DNA from: Octopus vulgaris
Lineage: Eukaryota
Reading direction: 5' to 3'
DNA length: 64,000 bases
NCBI GenBank assembly: GCA_951406725.2
Contig: OX597823.1
Span: 114,576,001 to 114,640,000 of the forward strand
In this document: piece after piece, positions 13,598 to 27,045 of the stretch
How the letters are laid out: each line of letters opens with the position of its first letter
Numbering within the stretch: the stretch's first letter is position 1
Program-made: the position numbers and the translations under genes
Notes under the pieces: generated by a model
Database searches by the model: none
What the model was told of the DNA's origin: nothing
Seen by the model: only the letters and a program-made list of their open reading frames with translations

Positions 13598-13719
13598 ATA
13601 TAAAGTCTAAGAGGGACAGAGAGAGGAAACTTAATCAAATTGAGACATAGTGATAGGATAATGTAAAAGAAGAGAGCAAATACATGGCATGAAAGAAGAC
13701 GAGAAAGACACAAGGCGAG

Positions 13720-14115
<396 letters not shown>

Positions 14116-14529
14116 TTATATATACAGGCAATCATACATATACATTTATAGCAAGAGATATTGAGAGAGAGAGAGATAACTGGGAAAATTATAAGCAAAG
14201 CGAGGCAAATGAGAAAGAATTTAAGTACGAAGAATATATGAAATTATAAGAAAGGATTGGAATAAAAAGGAGAAAGAACGGGAATAAATGAAATTGTTGC
14301 TGCTGTACTTGATGACAAGATATTTTTTCAGTTTATTTTTATGTTGTTGTTGTTGTTTTTTTTTGGCTAAGGTAATTTGTGAATGTCTCACGTAGGTATT
14401 GAACACCGGATGATTCCACCAACGAGAAATACTTTTACACATTACCCTTCCAATAAGGGTGCTTCAACGTAATTGTTTGATGTGCAGGATTTAGCTGTCA
14501 AACCCCCTCTCAAATTACACACTAGACTT

Positions 14530-14708
<179 letters not shown>

Positions 14709-15136
14709 TCAGGATGATCATGGCTGGAAAATCTTTGATTATAGATCAACTTATACATGGTTGATCGAAATGCTTGAAAGAGGAGCTAAAAAATTTTGGA
14801 TTCTCACTTAGGAAGCGTATGAGATATCGAGATATTATATAAAGTTGTTCTGGAGAAACAATTTTCATAAGACGGTATGGTCAAGGTTGGAATGTCTTTA
14901 AACTTAGATCTACTCAACTGGATCGGATTGGATCGCATCTGAGGCTTGAAAGTGTAGTGTGAAAATGAACGTTAAAAAAGAGCAAAATCAAATCTCCTGG
15001 TCACTACGCCCTCGACTCCTGAGACTCATCTGGCCCGTTTCCATGGCGAATAAATCATTTTGCGATCAAAACATTCCCTGCAGGTGAATCAAGGGGAAAT
15101 GAAGCTGTCTGCTCGTGAATCGAAACTGCGATCTTT

Positions 15137-15502
15137 TCGTTGTTGTGTACGTCACAGGAGAACAATTTCTTCGTTGTATGATGGCAGAGATCAACTTATA
15201 CATGGTTGCTCGAAATGCTAGAGAGAGGAGCTAAATTTTTTTTGATTCTTATTTAGGAAGAACAACTTTATATATCTTGATACCTCATACGTTTCTTAAG
15301 TGAGAATCAAAAAAAATTTAGCTCCTCTCTCTAGCATTTCGAGCAACCATGTATAAGTTGATCTATAATCAAAGATTTTCCAGGACAGAACATGTCGATT
15401 TATTTATGTCTGAGAATTTTTGTGATGAGAGCTGAGAGTGTAATGAATTCTCTGCCATCGTACAACGAAGATATTGTTCTCCTGTGACGTACACAACAAC
15501 GA
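15137..15502. repeat. Nested inverted duplication
   Basis: 15188-15249 / 15303-15364 is a perfect 62-bp inverted repeat; 15137-15190 / 15449-15502 is a 54-bp inverted repeat with 2 mismatches. Confidence 0.9.
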
Positions 15503-18399
15503 CAAGCATATTTGCACTTAAAACTGCTGGAATATTTTCAGAATAAATATTCAAATCTTCGTTTCCCCATGGAAAAGGATCGTTGAAGAAAAATATTATT
15601 TTGTATATAACTCGATTTGCATTAACTACAAATATAGTAGGAAATATATATTGAATGGGAATCTTAACGCTATAATGTCAATTCTAAGTTGTTTTCCCTA
15701 GAAATATATTTTTGAAAATATTTACGTGATGTTTAAGTAAATAACGATGCATATGTCAACATGTCAAACTTAATTACGTTCACTTGTTCAAGGTTGTATG
15801 CAATGTTTGATATAAAGAGTTTACAAAGTATCTTCAGATTATAAGTTAATTGTATATATGCTTTAGCTGAGTTTAACAAGGAGCCAATTATTATTGAAGG
15901 TGATATTATTAATTTTCAAATGACAAATAGGACTTAAGAGGCTAACAGTGAATTGCTTCTGTAAACTTCTGAATTTCAATTCGTTTATAGTTTTGGAGTC
16001 GATAAAATAAATTACCAATCAAGTACATGAGTCTGTGTCACGACTAACTACTCCGCTTGTAATCGCTGGCCTTGTATCTCAATTGGAAACCATAATTGTA
16101 GTATATTCGTAGAGTTCATTAGTGTAGAATAGCTAAGTTAATATGATTTGGTTTGAAGGGTTTCTTATACATATGTCCGGGAGGAAAGTGCATTTTCAGA
16201 AAAGAGAAAAAATATTTTCCAACCGAGTTACTGAATATGATGACATTCCTTTTTGTTTTACTTTTCATATGAATGTAGCATTTGATGGATTCTTGCAACC
16301 CACTACATGTTAGTGCATTATTTTTTCATTTGCTCCTCAATCGAAAATACATTCATCATAAGAGGTGGCTGATATCCTTTTACATAATTTAGCGATCACG
16401 ATACGTAGCTGAATTGTGATTTATAGGGATTATTGATTCGTTTAGTAAAATTAATCGCGTGAATTGTTGATATTAAAGTTACGAGGGCATGGATGACAAA
16501 ATTATTATTCAAATACCTTCAGATTCTTATAAAAAAAATCTTCTTTGTATCTAAGTATTGAACATATTTTCTCTGATCGAGACCAGATAGTCACTAACAC
16601 TGACACATACACACACACACATATATACCTACTGACACACTCACATACACATAGATAATGTGTATATGTATATACACACAAACACACATAAAATACATAT
16701 ACCTATAACTATATATCCATATATATATATAATCAAATAGATATATATATATATACATATATATATATGTGTGTGTTTGTGTGTGTATATATATATGTGT
16801 GTGTGTGTGTGTGTAAAAACTATTCATTTTGATAGGTGTGGCCATGTTGAAAGCTAAGATGCTTGGATAAAAACATAAAGCATCGACTTGTTTTTAGCTG
16901 CTCCTGTAGTCTTCGACATTCTCCACATTGAAGAAAAAGCTAGAAACGATTAAACTCCTGTTTGTATCAGCGTACGTGTTTTCATTGGCTGAATATATAA
17001 TTACGTAACAAATATAGCCGAAGACAGTTCTAGATAGGAGTGTTTTAAAGACCGTTTACCATAAAATGATGTCATAAAATATTGCTACATTTTGTTTTAT
17101 TTTAGAAATTTTTTCTTTGATATTCACATCAATATGTACCATCTGTAAATATTTTTCATTTCGTAATTTATATTCCTGTAAACTTTTAGCGTTTTATTTC
17201 TGTTTCTTATAATGTCTTACGATTGTGCCTGATAATAAATCTTATCTCATGCAATGAATAAGCTGATTAGCATCGGAGAAAGGTTCTTATCCTACCATTA
17301 ACTATGATAATGTTCTTATTGTTAATTTCTGTTGTTCAGCTCACAGTCAGCCTTGATTGACCACATCTACAATCAAAGACATACTAATCATCACTATTCC
17401 GTCTTTTACATACACAGTATACTAACCATTTGTCGGTACGTGGTATTTCGTTATGCAGCCATAATATGCTATAAAGTATATTAAATGTTCTTATAAGTCT
17501 ATACCGCGTTCTACTGCGTTAGCAGTGCGCTTTGCACTATTTTGCTAAGGTTATTTCCACAGATATTCTATATAAATTATAGCCAGCGCTGATCTTTGCT
17601 ATAACGTTTCGTATATAAGACGTCAGATTAAAACCAGATATTTCAATACTGTTTATTTAGGGGTTTTCCGTTTTTTGTTTTGTTTTTTCTTTATAACGAT
17701 GTAGATTGTGATCTGAGACGAGTTGGCAATTATTTTTATCAAGTGGGGTCTCACACATTACTTTGAGAGCAGTAAGAGGTGGAATAGCAGCTTTCATTAC
17801 CACATTTTATTGCTTCGATCACTGGAAGGTGAGAGGTTTTTGTCCTCAGGCTGGAGACCTGGCTCAAATGTTTGCATCACTTGGGCTTCCGCTAAATTTG
17901 TCAAAGATAGCCGAGTGTTCCGTCAACCGAATTTTCACTGAAAAAAATTAGTTAACCAGAAGATGTATTAGATGGCATTTTCCAAAGTTTTATCGTGATA
18001 AAATGGAACCCAAGACGACGTAGTTGCAAAATGAACTTCTTATCCATACAACCATGCTTTTTGTTCGTATATGTCAATATATGTTTTGATACATTGTCGA
18101 CTGGCGTTTTAATACAAATATACAGGTAAAAAGAATTTGAGGTCCATTTTGGATACACTATTTCAGCATGTTCACTATATTTGCTCAGCTAATGGCCTTC
18201 ACGAAAGCATTTCTACTTTATCTCAACTGCGAGTCGGACTATACTAGACATTCTTCTCAGTGTAGTAAACAAAGAAATTAATATTCGTTGTTAACACATC
18301 GATCTTATAGAGGTGATTTCAACCGTCATTTGTTGGTGTTCAATAAAATACATATCGAATATTTAATACGATCGATTCATTGGATTTATATTCCTTCCT

Positions 18400-18456
<57 letters not shown>

Positions 18457-18499
18457 CAAATGGAAGACAGAAGATAGAATATGCGAGAATATATTATTA

Positions 18500-18544
18500 A
18501 TCACAACAATTGTTCTAGTGGGCAGATGTATCTCGTCGGGTGAT
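18500..18544 (-). ncRNA. Degenerate hammerhead motif (CCGACGA core)
   Basis: AUCAC-CCGACGA-(17 nt)-GAA-CAAUUG-UU-GUGAU: 5-bp stem I and palindromic stem III, but one A is missing from GAAA and stem II is disrupted. Confidence 0.5.
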
Positions 18545-18709
18545 AAATAAATAAAAAGAACTCGTGAAAATCACTGTTCCATAATGCAACTTTCGGTTTT
18601 GTAGAGAGAAAAACAGCCGGATGGGGGAAAGTTTTTCATATATAGAGAAGATCCAAAAATATAATTGCAGAAGAGAAAAAAGAAACGAACACGTAATCCA
18701 GCAAGAAAA

Positions 18710-19185
18710 CTATGTATGTATGTATGTATGTATGTATGTATGTATGTATGTATGTATGTATGTATGTATGTATGTATGTATGTATATGTATGTATGTATG
18801 TGTGTATGTATGTATATATGTATGTAATGTATGTATGTATGTGTGTATGTATGTATGTATGTATGTAATGCATGTATGTATGTGTGTATGTATGTATGTA
18901 TGTAATGTATGTATGTATGTATGTATGTATGTGTATGTATGTATGTGTGTATGTATGTATGTATGTATGTAATGTATGTGTGTATGTGTGTATGTATGTA
19001 TGTATGTATGTATGTAATGTATGTATGTATGTATATGTATGTATGTGTGTATGTATGTATGTAATGTATGTATGTATGTAATGTATGTATGTATGTATGT
19101 GTGTATGTATGTAGGTATGTATGTATGTATTTATGTATGTATGTATGTATGTAATGTATGTATGTATGTAATGTATGTATGTATA
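18710..19185. repeat. (TATG)n microsatellite
   Basis: Direct reading. Confidence 0.95.
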
Positions 19186-19193
19186 TATTTATG

Positions 19194-19721
19194 TCAGGTC
19201 ACTTTCGAGTGCTACTGGTGACATGTAACCCAGTACAATCTGTTGTATGGTCGGCACGTCGCCGACTAAACCGGCAACCCTACCAAGCTTGCTTGGTGAG
19301 GAGGGTGTTTATTGGATACCCTGCGGGATGAAAAACAAAACCTGTCAAAGGGCGGAGGAACTCTTGTGGGTCAACGGCCATCCAATAAATTCTTAAGGCT
19401 GTATCATAAAAATAATCGGACTGAATAACCGATGGCGCGGTTAAACCATTGGGAGTGAAGGACTCCTAGCCTTTGTAAGGGCATCCTTCTAGGAGAAGGT
19501 AACTCAGGTAACTGGGACATAAAACCTGCGGCTGAGTGGTTCCGATGATGCTGACATGTTCTTCTTTTCGGATTATGGCTGCTGTTGCTTAGTGAGTGGG
19601 ATTGACTCAGTGCACAGCCTTTTCTCACTTTTAAAAAATCTTCTTGCACAGGCATTGCACGATAACAACATTGATTAAGCTTCGTGCAATGGCCATACTC
19701 GATAACGAGGAGGCAGCCACC
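19194..19721 (+). mobile_element. Probable non-autonomous retroelement (RTE-related) inside (TATG)n
   Basis: Unique GC-richer block between two (TATG)n tracts; contains gggcatccttctaggagaaggtaactc, resembling RTE 5'UTR motifs; 3' hairpin cattgcacga...tcgtgcaatg. Confidence 0.45.
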
Positions 19722-19844
19722 ATGTATGTATGTATGTATGTATGTATGTATGTATGTATGTATGTATGTATGTATGTATGTATGTATGTATGTATGCATG
19801 TATGTATGCATGTATGTATGTATGTATGCATGTATGTATGTATA

Positions 19845-20081
19845 TGTGCAGATTCGTATGTTTTGTTTTATGTATGTATTTTCTTGCATATAGTTGCATA
19901 TATAGACATGCTCATATATATTTAAATGATAAACTTCTGGAAAGTTTTACAGAATTTTACAGTTCCAGTGATGGATTGTATGTGTAGTCTTCGAATTAGC
20001 TTTCTCCTTTCTGGTTTTTGGGAAGCCTAATTTCTCAAGATTAGTATTTATGTAGTGTGTAACGTATCCCAGAGCCCCAAT
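19845..20081 (-). mobile_element. 5'-truncated RLE-type non-LTR retrotransposon end with (CATA)n tail
   Basis: Minus translation IGALGYVTHYINTNLEKLGF/PERRKLIRRLHIQSITGTVKFCKTFQKFII* (one frameshift; stop at 19922-19924), an RLE C-terminal pattern; TATG-type repeats on both sides. Confidence 0.65.
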
Positions 20082-20164
20082 ATGTACGCAGGTATGTATG
20101 CATGTATGTATATTCATGTATCTGTGTGTATGTATGGATGTATGAATGCATATGTAAGATATGA

Positions 20165-20372
20165 ATGTGTCTTTGTGTTTGTGTCCTCACCCTTTCACAA
20201 CTGATGTTGACTTGTTTATATTTGGGTAACTTAGCAGTTCGGCAAAAAAAAAAAGATTTATACAATATGTACCAGGGTTAAAAAATAATTACTGGGGTCG
20301 AATTGTTCCACTAAACTTTTCAAGGTGGAGCCCCAGTATAGCAACATTTCAATGACAGATACAGGTAAAAGT
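20165..20372 (+). mobile_element. SINE family C, 3' half, degenerate
   Basis: gtaacttagcagttcggcaaaa...ctggggtcga...ccccagtatagc...gacagatacaggtaaaag matches the family C tail. Confidence 0.65.
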
Positions 20373-20454
20373 TAAAGCGCAAAAGGTACTATATACATTT
20401 CCTAATTAGTGACAAGCCACTCATATATATTTTATGATATAAATACAATCTTTA

Positions 20455-20665
20455 AGACGGCGAGCTGCAGAATCGCCACAACGCCAAGCAAGATGCTTAG
20501 TGGTTGTTCATCCGTCTTTACACTATGAGTTCAAATCCCGCAAAGTCGACATTGCCTGTCATCCATTTTGGGGTCGATAAAATAATTACCAATTGAGTAC
20601 TGTGGTCGATGTAATCAACTTACCCACTCCGAAAATTGTTGTCTTTGTACTAAAATCTGAAACCG
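20455..20665 (+). mobile_element. SINE-A1
   Basis: Match to family A. Confidence 0.75.
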
Positions 20666-21774
20666 ATATAAATACCATTTTCACATCTGATAAACACCAG
20701 CCCTCTAAAACCATATTTCTTCTTCATATATTTTGCACGCCTGGTTGCATGATGGAATGTATGTGTTCGTTTAAAAGACTGTTTAACAATGCCTGCTTGT
20801 TCACTTCATTAACAGAGCTAATGCTCTTTAGGAAAACAAAAACCATCTTGTAGCATCTCATTATTGGTTCTTGTGTTATACTGTTACCATATTGCTAATA
20901 ATGAAATCGATACTGACTGCCAACGAATTCAAATCCCGGAGCGGTCTACTTTGCTTTCCTCCATCGAGTACCATTCAACAAATGTATCAGATTCAACGGT
21001 ACAGTTCCCTTCAAAACACATTGTCTTCCTGTAAACCAGTACAGTATATATTTTCCAGAATTGTATAATAACTTACATTCCTTTAGTTAGAATTCCTTGC
21101 TTGTCTATTTAATATTCTGACTCTTGGGGATAGAGATAATGGCTAAAGATAATGGCCACGTAAATAAGTTTGGGATTATGGTTGGCGCATTTTCTTGAAT
21201 ATCAATTCTTCTCAAAAAGTAGTTCTTTGTATACTAAATGACAATATATTTATCCCTAACCGCCAGAGAAGGAATGGTGTCCTTATGAGGTATCTGAAAG
21301 AAGTTGGTGGCTTTGAAAAGAAAATTGAAAAAGGAAAATTTGTTCCAAAAAGGAATTATATTTGGTGTATAAGAGTCAACTAGAGAACTCCTTTGAGGTC
21401 GTTCAGCCTGCTAGAAATAGTTGAAAAATTTCCTTGAAATCACATTCAACTGTTTTACAAAAGAAAAGATACATTAGAAAATGTTGGAGTAGCTATAGAC
21501 TATACTAGACTGGCAAGGAACTTTAACATAGAAGGGCAAGAGCAGAATTTGCCTGGGGTTAAGGAGCAGCAACAACGACAAGAAGACACTATTGCAATCG
21601 TCTTTGATTCACTTTGCTATTTTAATCTAAGACACCATAGGTATTTAATATCTTGCGCAGTGTAATGGCTGGCCGATCTTATGAGACTTCAAATAAATTT
21701 CCGACATCTTAGATTATCAGCTTTTATAGCCGACACCGACATCTTACAAACAAGACACACTGGCCAGAAACAAT

Positions 21775-21875
<101 letters not shown>

Positions 21876-21883
21876 TATATAGA

Positions 21884-21937
<54 letters not shown>

Positions 21938-21971
21938 CATGCATACCATTCATACATACATACATACATAT

Positions 21972-22004
<33 letters not shown>

Positions 22005-22546
22005 CATACATACATACACGCATACATTCATACATACATACATATATACATAAATATACATACATATAAGCATGCGTACATGTATACTTATATATGTAAG
22101 AGTGTGTCATTGCGCGAGCGTATGCGTATGCATATATATAGTAGTGAAAATATAGTTTTACGATCGGGAAGAGAGAACTGATGTTATGAAAGTGGCGGAA
22201 AAACCATTAAACCGAGTGGTCTGATGTAAAGCGGCAAAGAAAATCAAGTGAGGCAGAGACAGAGACATAGAATTGTGTAGTTATTAATTTATAGCAGCCA
22301 CGTTAAGAAACTATGTTGGTGACGTACACTGAGAATGAGGTAATTTGCATAGTAGGAATGCGGAAGCGTGGTATATTCAGTGTGGTTGTGCGATAGTCTG
22401 GGCGTGCTGGCGTGGTCTGGTAGAAATGTGGTAGAGTAACGTACCGAGGGAATTTTGCAGCATGCTACAGGAAGATGTGGTAGAGCAGGAGGGCTGGATT
22501 ATGGTACATCGAGTATGTTGTGGCGTCATATAGTGGAAATGTAGGA

Positions 22547-22780
22547 AGGCGGCGACCTGGCAGAAACGTTAGCACGCCGGGCGAAATGCTTAGCGGTATT
22601 TCGTCTGCCGTTACGTTCTGAGTTCAAATTCCGCCGAGGTCGACTTTGCCTTTCATCCTTTCAGGGTCCATAAATTAAATACCAGTTACGCACTGGGGTC
22701 GATGTAATCGACTTAATCCGTTTGTCTGTCCTTGTTTGTCCCCTCTATGTTTAGCCCCTTGTGGTTAATAAAGAAATATA
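22547..22780 (+). mobile_element. SINE-A2, full length, young
   Basis: Near-consensus copy. Confidence 0.9.
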
Positions 22781-23214
22781 TAGTGGAAAGGTACTCGTGG
22801 ACTTACAGGGAAAAAGTGGTAGACTGATATTGTAGGAAAGTGATAGAGGTAGAATTTGAAAGTGGAATATAGAAGCAATATGGTAGCGTGGTTTAGAGGA
22901 TATAATTACTATAATGTGGTACGGTGAGAATGTGTTGGTGTAGTATACACAGAATGATTGAATGTGGCACATTGAAAATATATTGTGCAATATAACCAGA
23001 ATCAGGTAGTGTGGTCGAGTGGAAAGATGGCGATTTGTGTAGTGAGGATCTGGTATGTGGTACAGGTAATGTGGTAATCTGGTATTGTGTAGCATAGTCG
23101 GAAAGTGCTGATGTGGTACTGTATGAATGATTTGTATGTTGCAGTGGGAATGTGGGAGTGGAATGTTGTAAAGTGGTACAATGTGAGTGTGATAGTGTAG
23201 TATAGTTAAAGTGT

Positions 23215-23304
23215 TTGTTTCTTTATTGCCCACAGGGGGCTAAACAAAGAGGGGACAAACAAGGACAGAAAATGGAATTAAGTCGATTAAAATCGAACCC
23301 AGTG
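23215..23304 (-). mobile_element. SINE-A2 3' fragment
   Basis: Reverse complement of the A2 tail. Confidence 0.75.
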
Positions 23305-23313
23305 ACATCAACC

Positions 23314-23550
23314 CATCAACAGGGACGCCATAGATTAAATATATAAACAACAAGGCCAATCCAGCATGTGCCTCATTTTTGGCGGCAGTAAAAAGATACC
23401 GGTAAATTCTTCGAACGAATCTACCAGAAATCATTATACATAATTGATAATATCAGCGGATTTGAAAAACATTAAAATGTATAAGCAATGAGACACATGC
23501 TGGGTTGGCCTCGTTGTTTATATATTTAATCTATGGCGTCCCTGTTGATG
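23314..23550. repeat. Fold-back / MITE-like element with 64-bp inverted arms
   Basis: 23314-23377 vs 23487-23550: 61/64 complementary, 109-bp spacer; no clear TSD. Confidence 0.8.
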
Positions 23551-23813
23551 AAGACTTCACCTGGTAAATTACATTTATTAGTCCAGGAAAGAGATGGTAA
23601 ATGTTTTTATTTTTCATTCCCTTCGAGAATTTATCCCTAATTAGTGGTTTGAACTTTAGCTGTTCTTCCTAGCATAGAAGATTCCTATGATGGAAACCTC
23701 TTAATGTGTTTAAATATACACTGTATTATATATATATATATGTGTGTGTGTCTGTGTGTGTATGTGTGTGTGTATACTTATGTATATATATATATATTTA
23801 TAGATATATATAT

Positions 23814-23979
23814 AGGCATAGGAGTGGCTGTGTGGTAAGTAGCTTGCTTACGAACGACATGGTTCCGGGTTCAGTCCCACTGCGTGGTACCTTGGGCGAG
23901 TGTCTTCTACTATAGCTTCAGGCCGACCAAAGCCTTGTGAGTGGATTTGGTAGACGGAAACTGAAAGAACCCCGTCGTA

Positions 23980-24031
<52 letters not shown>

Positions 24032-24282
24032 TATATATATATGTGTGTGTATGTGTGTATGTGTGTGTATATGTTTGTGTGTTTGTGTTTGTCCCCCCAA
24101 CTCGCTTGAAAACCGATGCTGGTGTGTTTACGTCCCCGTAAATTAGCGGTTCGGCAAAAGAGACCGATAGAATAAGTACTAGGCTTACAAAGAATAAGTC
24201 CTGGGGTTGATTTGCTCGACTAAAGGCGGTGCTCCAGCATGGCCACAGTCAAATGACTGAAACAAATAAACGAATAAAAGAG
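23814..24282 (+). mobile_element. SINE family C (tRNA-like head, CORE-like segment, internal microsatellite)
   Basis: ggagtggctgtgtggtaag...gggttcagtccc (box A/B), accttgggcgagtgtcttc, internal (TA)n(TG)n, tail ...aaatgactgaaacaa; at least 4 near-full copies in the window. Confidence 0.85.
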
Positions 24283-24539
24283 TATATATATATATAACAA
24301 GCTAACTGGCTAATCGCGACACCTGCACCTGTTCATGCACTGTCAACCTATACATCGATGGCGATGAGATGAATTATTGCTGTTTCACGCGGGCAGTCGA
24401 GACAAAACACGGTAGAAACTGCAAATTCTGGTGGTTTTGGCAAGGAGGAGGCGGGGATAAATATTACCTTTCTGTTTTAGAAATATATTTTAATGTATAA
24501 CACAGATGGATACTTGGTAATTAGATGGTAATTATTATT

Positions 24540-25090
24540 TAATCAAAGGGGTGAACCATGGGCCAACTGTGCTACGTAGTGGATATAGTTGAGGCTTGAT
24601 CAGCCGCCACTGCTGTTTCTTATATGAAGGTATCTAATTTATGAAAACCCTAAAACATCCAATGATGATGTGTACAGAAACCTCACTCCATGTACGAAAT
24701 AAATGTATTATGATTTATTGATTTCAAGTTGATTATTAATAGATTTATCGATATATTTTTACATCTATGAGTAACTGTTTTTTTGACAAGAGTCTGTATG
24801 GTATGCGGAAATTGGAGGTAAATGGCCTTACGAAAATTATATTGTTGATTATGTAATATTTGGATGTACAACGTAAAATTCAAGATGAATATTATTGTAG
24901 ATTTTACAGAAACAAAAATAAAGTCCAGTTATCATACTGTTAACTTTTAGATTATATTAAATATGGGCTACATTTCTCAGAAGCGGGCCGCATGAGATAC
25001 AGTTCATCATCAGGTGCCACGAGCTATAAAGAGAAAGAAACAAGGCAATTTTTCGCTGGGCATTCAGAAAATACTGTGGGATGCAGGTTG
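24540..25090 (-). pseudogene. Highly decayed CR1/L2-like LINE reverse transcriptase relic
   Basis: Minus translation ILHNQQYNFRK...INHNTFISYM...LAHGSPL is collinear with RT motifs QYGFR / TINH..L / VPQGS.L. Confidence 0.4.
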
Positions 25091-25964
25091 CTCATGATTG
25101 AAGCAGATGTTAGCTAATCAAGAATTAGGAGTAGAGATAAATTTAAATTAAATGTATTGATAGGAGAACAGATGTAGCGCTTAATAAAAAGAAATCGTAA
25201 TCTAATTTATAGAACCATGAATTATAAAATGTTAGATACATAATAGCGCGCACGCGTGTGTTCTAGTATAGTATCAGATTAAAGATTTAAAATGAGTTAC
25301 TTAATACAGGAAATTATGTAATATTCTTTTTTAAGATTATGAGAAAAATAAGAGAAATATTGTGCATAGAAGGATGGGAGAAATATTGTGGGCGGAAAGA
25401 AGAGATGGTAAAGGAAATTTTTTGCGTTGTTAAAATATATTAATAATGTCTATCTACTTGTGTAATGTCAAGTCAATTTAAAAATGCAGTGGTGTTCTGA
25501 GTTTTATTTGGTACAATCCAATTAAATGAGTGTGAAATTAGAGTGTTTGGACGTAGGAAGCTGACTTGCATATCCGTGCACATCAAGGAAAAATTAATTT
25601 AGGAGTAAGTTTTGTTTCGACAATATTCAACTATGAAATATAAATGTGAATCAAAAAGCACAATACAGTGTCAATTTGCGATAGTGAAGACTAATTTGAA
25701 AATTGTTCGAGTCAGCCATTTTGATTTGAAATTTCAAATAAAACTTTAGAGTCAAGATTAATAATTTACAATGTTAGAGATGGTTTGTTTTTTATCCTAC
25801 CAATGTGAGAACAGTAGTTGCACTAAAAAGTAATGTAGCAAGGGTTACTTAATGTCAACTTATGAGTTGGAAAGTAAACTGGTACACTAAAAATACCTCA
25901 GTGTAGGTATCTACTAGTGACTGAAATCAGAAAGAGAAGAGGATATATATATATATATATATAT

Positions 25965-26026
<62 letters not shown>

Positions 26027-26344
26027 GCATACATACATATATACATCCATACATGCGTACGTACGTACATACATAGAAGGGTATATGTGTGCGTGTATGC
26101 ATATATATGTATATGTGTTTGTGTGCGCGCACATGTGTATATATAGTGATAATACACGGTAAATTCAAGTTTCATGCTCAACTACTAAAGAATCATCATA
26201 TGAGAACGTATATTCATGTTTACGATATTTTAGTAACGGTTTGACATCTGTGGACTAAGAACGACCCGTCAGTGGCTGAGAAGCTCAGAACTGAAGACAT
26301 AAAACTTGTTCTCTCAAGAATGGATAGTGTCATATGTTAGGTGT

Positions 26345-27045
26345 AGGCGTATCTGTATGGTTAAGAAGTCCGATTCGCATATAAACTGTTCTACTGCATA
26401 ACCAATTTGAGTATCTTCTACTCTTGACTCGGGTTCACTAATGCTTTATAAATGAAATTCAGTCTGTATGCATGGGTGTATGTGTGTGTGTGCGCGTGCG
26501 CATGCGTGTGTGTGTGTAATTGCCTTTTGGTGTCTATGTCCATCATTGCAAGGTTATTGTTTAAAGTTTTATATCCCACCAGCAATGCACCCCGGCGTTG
26601 CCCGGATGTTGTGACCTACAGCTACTTTGTATTATTTGTTCCTTTCTTATGGGCAGAATCGACACGTGAGGAGTACGAAGTAAACAACTCTTCTTTATAA
26701 ACATGTTTTCCGGTCATTTTCTGATGAACAATGCTGTAGCTTTCGTCTACCAAATTCAGTCACAAGGCTGATTGGCCTAGGGCTATAGTAGAAAACACTT
26801 GACCAAAGTGTCATGCAGAGAGACTGAACGTGGAACCATATGGCTGGGGAGCAAACTTCTCAGCCACACAGTCGTACTTGCACCTATTATGTGTGTGCTT
26901 ACATTTGTTGCTTAGCAGTTCATCAAGTAGAGATCTATAAAATAATTGCCAGATTGAAATATGTACTGAGGTCAGTATGATCAGTTAAATTTTTGAAGGC
27001 GATACCCCATCAGTGCAACAGTCGAAAGACTAAAACCAGTAAATA
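26345..27045. mobile_element. Nested degenerate SINE-C pieces and a Helitron 3'-end fragment
   Basis: C head (+) ~26345-26520; cccggcgttgcccgg ~26590-26605; C head (-) ~26738-26884; C tail (+) ~26900-27045. Confidence 0.55.

Noticed and set aside
17723-18170. Possible transposase relic
   Set aside because: No motif could be matched convincingly.
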